DNA from: Dimorphilus gyrociliatus
Taxonomy: Eukaryota > Animalia > Annelida
NCBI GenBank assembly: GCA_904063045.1
Contig: CAJFCJ010000006.1
Coordinates: 4,976,408-5,040,407, forward strand
Length of the DNA stretch: 64,000 nt
Reading direction: 5' to 3'
The position numbers and the translations under genes are program-made. Under the pieces are notes generated by a model, which saw nothing but the letters and a program-made list of their open reading frames with translations, was not told the origin of the DNA and ran no database searches. Shown here piece after piece: positions 54,597 to 64,000 of the stretch; position 1 is the first letter of the stretch, and the number at the start of each line of letters is the position of its first letter.

Positions 54597-55515
54597 TCAA
54601 TTTTTCAAAACCTCTTTTTTTCGCTCACGAGTATCTAATGATAGTTACGGAAAAAAGTTTGATTTATTAGAAATGTCTAAAAAGACAACCATTTAATAAA
54701 ATTAAAAGTTTCCCCCTAGATTTTAAGTGAAAAATTTATTTTTTATAATTTTTAAAACTCATTTTATCTTTAAAAAAGAAAAATAGTAAAAAAGACATGC
54801 CTTTGACGAATGTAATTCTAAGAGTTATAAAGCTTTACGGTGTCCTATATTGGTTTGCTGTAAATTTAAATTATTAGGTACGTTATAATTTCTAGACCAT
54901 TTCTAGATCTCTTAGAAGGGGGAAAAGAGATAATTTTCTGGCAAGTTTTAATAAAATAATGGTTGACATTCTTTATTGATGCATAGTTTATGTCGATATT
55001 TTTTTATTTTTCAAAAAGTAGGAAAGCAAAATGTTTCGATTTATATGTAATTAAAGTGGAAAATTGGAGATATATCTAATAAACTATTCATATGCAGATT
55101 GTGTATTTCAACTGTTGGGATAGCTTTTCATTTTTAAACAAGTCAAGAAGAGTAGAAGCTATCAAATATTTACGAGTGTAAGGTATCTAATTCATTAGTC
55201 TACCAATGAATAATATATTCATTGCTACAATATTCTTAGGAGAAGATCTATGTGCAAACAATTTAATAATTTACTCGTATGGTTTTCATTTAAGATTTGT
55301 TACTAAATAGTAAAAGGAGTTGTTATTAGTGTTTTTTACAAACTACATGGGCTAATAATTTCTTTTTAACAGATTAATTATTCACTAAATGAATTTTTAT
55401 TGATATTTTTCGTCACAAATCGAATTTCTGTGCTGCTTTTGCAGAGAAATTGGCGGCTTTTTTATTCAACCCCGTTTACCGCCATTTTGACCATGTGACC
55501 GGAAACAAAACATTA

Positions 55516-55530
55516 GTTTACACTAGTAAC
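55516..55530. promoter_or_regulatory. RFX X-box-like motif upstream of CXorf58
   Basis: GTTTAC-ACT-AGTAAC with a perfect RGYAAC half-site, about 100 bp upstream of the ATG. Confidence 0.45.
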
Positions 55531-55626
55531 GACGAAATTTGGAACAAAAATTTAATAAACACTCGAAATAGTTTTAAAGTAACTTTTAAACTATTGGGAT
55601 AACATTAAATCCGTATAATATCAGCA

Positions 55627-57208
55627 ATGACCCAGCCAGAACCGGATATCAGGTCATCAAAAAGTGCTCAGAGTGGTCGAAGTATCAAGATTAAAATTCC
55701 AACACCTGCTCCACTAAGAGGAGATGAATCACCTGTGTCATACAAGTCTTTTAAATCAGCCGGTGTGTCTCCTATAAGAGGAGCAAGCGCGGCTTCTATC
55801 AAACGATCGGAAAGCGTAACAGTAAAAGTAGGCATCGATGGAGTCCTTGATGAAGACCCTCCAATATCCATAAGATCAGCCCCGAGAACTTTCGGAGTAA
55901 GTGCTGCCATCCGTAAAACACCTCAACGAAGTAAACCTCCTTCTAGGTAAATAATGTAAAATACACTTATATCCATAGTCGTTGTTTTTAATAATATTTT
56001 CTTTTAAAATTGCCTTAAAGGAGCCCAATGTCCAGATACGCTTTAAAGATAGAAAGAGCATGGATATCTTATAGAAACCGTCAAATGTTCAAATTACTTA
56101 AGCATTCTGTTTGTGTTGCGGTAAGGAGATACGCATAGTCATATTTTAAAGGAGAGAACATCTTAAATAATTTTCATATTTTCTATAGGAAAATTCATTG
56201 TCTCGTGAAATTCTAAGAAAGGTTTGCCCAAAGGAGGCTGCGTTCTTTAATGATAAAAGTGTTTCTCTTAAAGTTCGCCTCCGGTTTGGTGGCTTAGAAT
56301 TTCCACCAAAAATATTCTTTAAGGTATATCTTTCCAATAAACTAAACGTGAAGTATGTATCCGGCAAGAGGGCTATAAAAGCTGGATCGGAAGCCGCCAG
56401 GGATGCATGTGACTTGATGGGCAGAAGAAATTTTTATGATTTAATCATAAAAGATTTATTGCATGAAAGGTCTCACGGAGTTAGTGATGAGGTAGATGTT
56501 ACAACTCTTAAAGATTATATGCAGGTATGCATTTCATTTACTTACTAAAAATAGCAGAAAATTAATATATACTTTTCTTATATTTCAACTAGTACACTAG
56601 TTTACTTGATGAAATGCCAGCGAGCATGGGCGGCAAAGAGAACTGCTGGAGGCAGTTAACTTTAGAAAGTAAGTGGAAAATTCATTTTTCAATTCTAATT
56701 AATAAAAAAGGATATAGCATGTTGAATATATTCATTGATTACTATAATTTTTTTTTAAATAGACCTATCAAGGCAAACCTTATTTTATGATGTAGTCGAT
56801 TTCCTATATAATAATCGACTAACTCAGAAACTTATTGATAACCTTCCTATTCTTCTCTCATTACCTAATAATGAAGATGTTCAAAAGTTACATGTTGAAG
56901 TATTATCGCAGTATAGACCACCTATTAATAAGTTTAGACCTGTCAATATGACTGCAGTCACATCAACATCTAGAAGGTCAAGACAGGCTCTTGAAAGGGC
57001 GTCTAAAATGCGAGAGTTATATACAGCAGGTGAGGAGACGCTCATAAACGACGATAATGAGGAGGAAGAATGGGAAAAGGAGGCTAAAGAACTTTTTGAA
57101 TGGACAAAAGAATTAAGCTTTCATGACGATTTAATTGAAACTCCTAGGCCAATTAATACATCCCATTATAATGTACGAACAATGCAGGAGCATTCGTACA
57201 CATTTTAA
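55627..57208 (+). CDS. CXorf58: CXorf58-like uncharacterised testis-enriched protein with a long Ser/Pro/Arg-rich N-terminus
   Basis: Spliced IERAWISYRNRQMFKLLKHSVCVAE...KVRLRFGGLEFPPKIFFKVY...ARDACDLMGRRNF...DVTTLKDYMQY...DEMPASMGGKENCWRQL matches the CXorf58 core as I recall it. Confidence 0.85.
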
Positions 57209-57409
57209 TTGATTTAGGAAAAGAATTATTTTATAAAAATAACAAAAAAAATATATTTTATAAAATAAGATTTCTCTATTTATTCTTGAATTCCCAAACA
57301 ATAATAAGTTCAACCGAAAGAGAAACAAGACAGTTAAAAAGAGGACGGAGTAGAAATAGCATAGTTGTAGTTTCAGAAAAAAAGATTATCACAAGAAATC
57401 AAGAAATAG

Positions 57410-58672
57410 TTAATCGGAATCTTCGTAAAGTTCTTCAGTATTTTCTAAATGTAATTCATAATCAGTTATATGGTTCAAGTTTTTCCTTGGAGTAGGAGTC
57501 GGTAGTAAGTCATCCGTTTGAGAAGTCCACTCAGCCGTCGTGTCATTCGTAACAGACGTCATAACAGAACTCTGAGTTCTAGCTGATCTCGGAGGAGGTT
57601 GTGGAGGGCGCTTTAAAGTACTACCATGACCGAAACCTTCGTCATGATCAGTGTCGTCCGGCACACCTAGGTTAACTTTCAAATCTTGCAATTCAGCTCT
57701 CATTCTTTCGACACTCAATTCATTTTTGCGCTTTTGAATGTGACTTTCAAAGACCTGATTAAGCATTCTATTCGTGTAAATACCACGATCTAATATATCA
57801 GTTGTAACTTCATGCACAAAATCCAAATATTTTAGCTCATCCTGTGTCAGATTGGATTCCCTGTGGACAGCGGCATTTCTGTTTACAGTTTTTTGTCTAA
57901 CTTGGGCGTTTTTAGCCTGCTCCTTAAGCCATTTATAATTATCTGCGTCCACTGATATATCCAATGGAGGTATGGAAGAATCTCTCTGCCTATTTAAGTC
58001 TCTACTGACCAATGTTTCATCCATTGAGCTTGCTGGTCTACTGGCAGATCTCTGAGTATATTTTGGTCCTGCAGTTCCAGAACGGTAGCATCTCATTCCA
58101 ACTAATCTGAAACATTTTTGAAATGTTCTTAAAGAAGATTCAAATAAAATATCATTTGATAAAAATTATTACCTTGATTCAACGTTCGGTTTGGTTTTCA
58201 GAGTTCTTGGCGTAAAAGCAGCCGGCTCTGTAAATTTATGACTTTGAATATTCAAAACATCTCTGTCTGAACCATGAACATGAGTAGTAGAAAATGATGA
58301 CGTTTTCGTTCGTGTTCTAGGTTCGGATACTTGTTGCTGTCTGACGCTCGTATCCTCTCTAATACCCATTGCAACTTCCCTTCTTATTCTATCACGTACT
58401 ACAGGGCAATCCACCAGCGATTTAGGAGTTTTATTATCAATTGCAGATTTAACTTTAGCAATTTTATCATAGTGAGCTCGAAAGTGGGCGTCTACCAGAG
58501 ACTGAGTAGAAAATTTTGATGACGTTGGAGCGTAAGCGCTGCTTTTTAGGCCTAAGTGACCTCGCAGTGTTTCTGTAAAGAGTAAAAATCATTCGTAACA
58601 GGAAAAAAAACAAGGTAAAAATGACTTACCCGGCTTGGTGTGTTTTTCACGCTCTTCCTTGTCGACTATCAT
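57410..58672 (-). CDS. SPATA7: Spermatogenesis-associated protein 7 (ciliary) homologue
   Basis: LRGHLGLKSSAY...LVDAHFRAHYDKIAKVKSAID, and DELKYLDFVHEVTTDILDRGIYTNRMLNQVFESHI...LQDLKVNLG, match the two conserved SPATA7 blocks. Confidence 0.85.
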
Positions 58673-58736
58673 GTTGAAATGATAAGTAATTTCATAAAAA
58701 AATAGGTGAATTTGGGGTCATAACGCTCGCCATCTT

Positions 58737-58749
58737 GTTTCCAAGCACG
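58737..58749. promoter_or_regulatory. RFX X-box-like motif upstream of SPATA7, adjacent to a YY1-like CGCCATCTT
   Basis: GTTTCCAAGCACG, about 65 bp upstream of the SPATA7 ATG. Confidence 0.4.
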
Positions 58750-59381
58750 CAAAGTTGTTTAGTCTGGTTCTTATTCGTTGTCGATAGGGCAAGTTCCGTC
58801 CAGTTGACTTTTTGAACAGTGATAAAAGATAGCAGTTATCGAACGATAGACAATCTTTCTCAATAAAACTTATAGATACAACTCTAAATTACTATATCGT
58901 AATATATATTGATGTGTTTTTGTCGGAAACTTCTTGTAAAATAACGGACGAAAGAGACTACATGGAAAAGCATAGGCCAAAATTTCCACATACATTATTA
59001 ATGCTGTTGAAGTTTAAAAATAGTTCAATATGTTCAAAACATTGTATTCAGACCTGAATTCTGTACATGGATTACGCATAGGCTTTCTTCTTTTTCTTGA
59101 AATATCCTTGTTGACCTTAACCTTCTCGCGCGCTAAATATGAATATACAAAGAAAAATGAATCAAAAGCAAAACTGTCAAGCAAATATCTTCTCTTTCTT
59201 TGTTCAATTTCATAAGAATTACTAGATTTAGGGAATATTTTAATTGTTAGGTTCTTTAAATAAGCTAAATATAGAATAAAAAAAATGTGGACCTTTGTCT
59301 CAATTCTAAACAAGTTTAAGCATGTAAGTTATTGATTCGAGCGATAATAAATTTTGTAAAAATATTAGTAAATATAGAGAT

Positions 59382-59585
59382 ATGGAAGCAAGTAAGAATA
59401 TTATATCTCATCTTTAGATAGTGCTAAATTAATGTATCATTAATGAGCTCATTTTATGCATTTAGATCGCGTTGATGATTATCTAAAATTGGAAAAAATT
59501 GGAGAAGGTTCGTAGTAATGCAATTGTATTGTTAAATTTTGTGTTAGAAAGCTGAATAAGCATAAATATGAAAAATGAATGAATG

Positions 59586-59621
<36 letters not shown>

Positions 59622-60828
59622 CGGGGGGGAGAGATAAAGATTATATATATACATATACGACTACTCTTTTAGTAGTTTTTCATGAGGATTATAACCGAAA
59701 ACATATTCTTTAGGTACATATGGAGTCGTTTATAAAGCAAAAAATGTTAAAACAAATACGCTTGTGGCTTTGAAAAAGCTTAGGATTGAAAGTGATGGCG
59801 AAGGTATACCTGGAACTGCTATAAGAGAAATATCATTACTTAAAGAGATGCAACATGAAAATATCGTAAGGTAAGCTTTCTTTTGATTGTTTACTCTATT
59901 AAATGTTTACCAATTTGTTCGCTTTATCACTGTCTTTACTAATTGTTTTAGTTTAATTGACGTTTTGATGGAAGAAAGTAGGTTGTATTTGGTATTTGAA
60001 TATCTTAAAATGGATCTTAGAAGATATATGGAAAAGTTTGAAGGTAATTCAGGAATGTCAATGTCTTTAATTCAGGTATTTTCAATTAAATTACTTAACC
60101 TTATTATTAATAATTAAGTATATATGTTTATGTTCTTCTGATAGAGCTATTTTCGTCAAATTCTTACTGGTCTTAGTTATTGTCACGAAAGAAGGATTCT
60201 ACATAGGGATTTGAAACCTCAAAATCTTCTTATAAACGAAACTGGAATTATTAAACTAGCTGATTTTGGCTTGGCAAGAGCGTTTGGAATACCAGTTCGA
60301 GTTTATACTCATGAAGTTGTTACACTATGGTATAGGGCTCCTGAAATTCTATTAGGTTCTCTCAGATATTCAATTGGTCTTGATGTATGGTCGGCTGGTT
60401 GTATATTTGCCGAAATGTGTAATAAAAAGCCATTATTTCAAGGCGACTCCGAAATTGATCAATTATTAAGAATCTTTAGAACTTTAAGTACACCTTCGAA
60501 TAAAATTTGGCCCGGTGTTGAAGAATTACCAGAATATAAATCGCTATTTCCAAAATGGCGGGAAAACGTATTAAATGAAAAATGCCCTAATTTGGATGAG
60601 AATGGCTTAGATTTGCTCAAAGTTGTTTTTTTTTCTTGTTAATATAGTCATTACTTAAATATACATAAGAAATATTTTTTTTTCATCAAATAGAAAATGC
60701 TGACTTACGATCCCGCTCAGAGAATAACTTGTAGAACAGCATTAAAACATATATTCTTTCAAACTTCATATACGGATTACGAAGAGAAACGAAATTCAAA
60801 TCAAGAGATTCAATTAGAAGAAATTTAA
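59382..60828 (+). CDS. CDK1: CDK1-like cyclin-dependent kinase with PGTAIRE helix, multi-exon
   Basis: [80 protein letters not shown]. The start is either ATG 59382 via a 75-bp intron or the in-frame ATG 59456. Confidence 0.9.
59589..59618. repeat. (GA)n microsatellite in a CDK1-like gene intron
   Basis: Direct inspection of the sequence. Confidence 0.9.
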
Positions 60829-61179
60829 TGAATTATATTCTATATATGTATATTTATAATTTATCTGTTCCATTTTTATTTTAGTTTTGATTCAATTGTC
60901 TTCTTTATTAATTTTTTGGGGAGAATAATTCTTTGTGTTCAAATAAAAATGAAAAAATAAAAATATTATTGAAAGCATTGATATTATCTAAAATATTTTA
61001 ATTGATTAAATCAGGTTTTTTTTTAATGTTTTATTATTAAAATAATAATTCATTGATGGGTGAAAAAGTAAAGTTTTTTTTATCTGCTTAAATGCTAATA
61101 GTCTCTTCATATATATATATTACCCACGAAATATTGAATTAATGAAATATGATTGAATGTTTATACTTTAATCTATTAT

Positions 61180-61935
61180 TTACATTTTTGGCCAATTGTC
61201 TTGTTCGTATGGTTTAGGATCGTCGAATCTTTCCGAAATTGGCTTTGAGAATGATGTATTTTTCCTGAAGCATGAATCAAAATTCTTATCTTGAGATTTA
61301 CCCTAAAGAATTAAATGATTAGATTAAATGTTTTATATGTTTTGTCTTCTATATTGAAAATCTTTACGTGTATTTTATCCCTATGTTCTGTCCAAAAAGT
61401 GGCAGGCTGTTCTTTCAGGTGATGAGCGGCGGTTGGCGTAGGGAATTTAGATTCAAAAGGTTCCATATGAAAATCAGATTTGGTTATTGACATCCTTAAT
61501 TCTTTTTTCTCTGCTTCGCTGAGTTCTGTCTCTTTAGCTTCTTCTTCTTTAACTTGTCTTAATGCTTCTTGAAACATCATCATCTCTTCCAATTGACCTT
61601 TTCTTCCCTTAAATTTATCGCAAGGTAGACTATCAGGTGGCCTGAAAGCATCTCGAATTGTCGTCATATTAGCTGTACTACCATCAAATTCAGTTGTTAG
61701 AATTCCTTTATGACCATTTTTTAGGATTTGAGCAAGACTTTTATCGCTTTCACTTAATTTTTGAGGATCAATGTGCGATACATTGCGCTAAAAAAAAGGA
61801 ATATATTAGGAGGGATGTGAGTAAAACATTTAACTTTAGAGAACAAGGTACCTCTTCAACCCAATTTTCTAAAAGACATTTCGAATTTGAGTTGTTTACT
61901 CTAATTTCATTTCGGCCTTGATTTATTGTCGCCAT
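61180..61935 (-). CDS. SPAG8: SPAG8-like axonemal microtubule inner protein, 3 coding exons
   Basis: KCLLENWVEER, NGHKGILT, TTIRDAFRPP, EQPATFW and FRKNTSFSKPIS match SPAG8 motifs. Stop at 61180. Confidence 0.85.
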
Positions 61936-61999
61936 CGTATTCCTACAATTAATTTCTTTTCTCTTACAAAGATCTCAAAAACCTCCTTTTGCTTGTAAA

Positions 62000-62014
62000 G
62001 TTGCCAATGGAAAC
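62000..62014. promoter_or_regulatory. RFX X-box-like palindrome upstream of SPAG8
   Basis: GTTGCC-AAT-GGAAAC, about 65 bp upstream of the SPAG8 ATG. Confidence 0.6.
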
Positions 62015-62602
62015 TCTAGACAGGCTCCTAAAAATAGCCTTTAGACTGGTTCTAAAAAATATTAATATTTTCTTTGACATAAAAGTAGGTCTTGCGTTTG
62101 ACCTTAATAAGAGTTCAAAATTCAAGTTGATCTACTTGAAAACGTACTATTTTTTTTATAGAATAGGCCCTTGTTACTATAACTATATACAGTTTAAAAG
62201 AAAGTATGATAATTTTTGTATAATTATTCAATTCCTTATATTCTTTATGATAAATTATTTATCTATTGCAATGGTGATAAGAGAACATTCTTTAATTTTT
62301 TATACATACAATAATATAACTATATCATTTTAATAGAGGGTAGAATAGAATAGTCTGCAATTTACATGAATATCGTAAAATGGTTGAAAAAGTTGGAAAT
62401 ATTGTTTTATTTACCAAATTAAAATAACAAAGAAGTGGAAAGGTAGTTTTTTTTATTGTGTAGCAATAGGACCACGTTTAGATTCTATATTATCTTTGAA
62501 AGTTGTTTTTGTCCAAGTTGTTGTCATATATTAAATGTTGAACAGGTAGTTAAAATACTTTACTAGTTGATTAATTATTTAGGTTTGATACGTCTTCACG
62601 AA

Positions 62603-64000
62603 ATGGTCCTATACTTTACCTATCGATGTAAGTTTTTAATATCCTTATACCGCGTATTTTATTTAATTCTGTGTTTCAATTTTCAAATGTTTCTTTAAAT
62701 TCGCTATTCTTAAAACAGATCAAAACTATTACATATTAGTTGGTTTGACTGCTGTGATACTGTTAATTGGTGCAAATTATAATATGGCAGTAAATAAATC
62801 AAATACTGTATGTAATATTCAAACTATATATGCTGACATTGTCGCTTTAAATATTATATATTAATTTATTTACAAATAAAGGATTCAAATGTTTACGTTT
62901 ACGAAAGTAGTAGTTTTATCGAATATTCAAGCAATTGGTCTGTTTCATCGTTCAGTAAGGTTAGTATTAAATGATAAAATTAATAATATAAGTATCTTAA
63001 TGATTACAGTAATTCTTATCTTTATTAATAGTTTGATGAACTACTAAGGTCAAGATGGGAAGAAAGAATGAAAGTAAATTGTTTCAAATATTCGTGGAAG
63101 AAGATAAAAACAAAGGTTTTGGGTGGAAAATATCATTTTGTCATTCAAGTTAGACTATTTAGCTTATTATATTTGAAAATATTACATCAATGAATGTTTT
63201 ATTATAGCTGAATCCCGATAGAGCAAATAAAAGAAAGGCGACTGTAACGGGTGTTTCTATGCCCTTCGATACATCGAAATTTCATTTTGGTAAAGTTCTT
63301 TCCAGTTGCGAAGTAATGTTTGAAATGTATTCGATAGAGAATGATAAACATTTCTTACAAACTAAATATCCTTATGCAATAAATGAGCTAAACGAGTTAA
63401 GCGTATCGCAATCGCCAGTAAATAATTAACTAATAACTCATTAATTATTTTATTTAATAAACGGTTTTGAATAGAGTCCAGCAGATAAACACTACCTCAT
63501 TATCAATGTTAATCCTTTCGATTTTGGACACTTTTTAATAGTACCTAATCTGCATATGAACTTTCCACAAAGGTTATCAATTACCGGAGCAAGAATGGGA
63601 ATTGAAACAATATTAATGACGAATAGCCCGTAAGTATAATTAAGTATGAACAATATTAATATTTAAGATATTTATAGTATATTTTGTTTGTATTTGCAGG
63701 GCATTCAGAGTTGGATTCAACAGTTTAGGTGCGGTTGCTTCAGTGAACCATCAACATTTACATGGATGGTATTTAAATCATCCATTATATATTGAAACAG
63801 CTGTAAATACTTTCATAGATTGTTGTTTACTTATTTTGTGTATATATTTAAAAAGTGAAAAGAAACCTAAGGTAGACTTTAGATAAATATTGTTTGTATG
63901 TTTATCAACAGAGAGGTAGGAAGATAAGTAAAAACATCTTTGAAATTGTTGACGCGCCTATACCGGCTATAGCCCTTCAGAAGAAAGATTTAGATGTGAT
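62603..64000 (+). CDS. GDPGP1: GDP-D-glucose phosphorylase 1 (VTC2/HIT-like) with predicted N-terminal transmembrane anchor; 3' end lies outside the window
   Basis: [70 protein letters not shown]. Upstream in-frame exons 62603-62627 and 62719-62807 add [18 protein letters not shown]. Confidence 0.88.

Overview
AT-rich, gene-dense animal genomic DNA with short (mostly about 55-110 bp) GT-AG introns. The gene content and compaction suggest a miniaturised lophotrochozoan/annelid genome such as Dimorphilus (inference, not verified). I can support about 22 protein-coding genes, most assembled by hand across introns: GPAT1 (5'-truncated), a DEG/ENaC channel, thymidylate synthase, a divergent alpha-crystallin-domain protein, a long-ankyrin TRPV-type channel, an ectodomain-less alpha/epsilon-sarcoglycan-like protein, a myosuppressin/DMSR-type GPCR, DGAT2/MOGAT, a receptor guanylyl cyclase, a c-type lysozyme-like protein, a secreted PEBP, a TTC31-like TPR-RRM-CCCH protein, CtBP, MAEA, NDST, TEX36, PCED1, PUS1, CXorf58, SPATA7, a CDK1-like kinase, SPAG8 and GDPGP1 (3'-truncated). 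I found no tRNA, rRNA, CRISPR array or clear transposon. The most notable observations are: (1) a 50% GC, hairpin-rich island with partial RNase MRP-like motifs inside a CtBP intron; (2) four head-to-head pairs, each joining a cilia/sperm gene to a housekeeping gene, with an RFX X-box-like motif on the ciliary side; (3) a TRPV-type pore carrying about 17-18 ankyrin repeats; (4) a roughly 140-aa 'mini-sarcoglycan' missed by the ORF track; (5) a c-type lysozyme that has lost both catalytic acids but keeps the vertebrate intron positions; (6) a predicted membrane-anchored GDPGP1; (7) a CDK1-like kinase with PGTAIRE in place of PSTAIRE. All family assignments come from motif recognition by eye; no database search was run.
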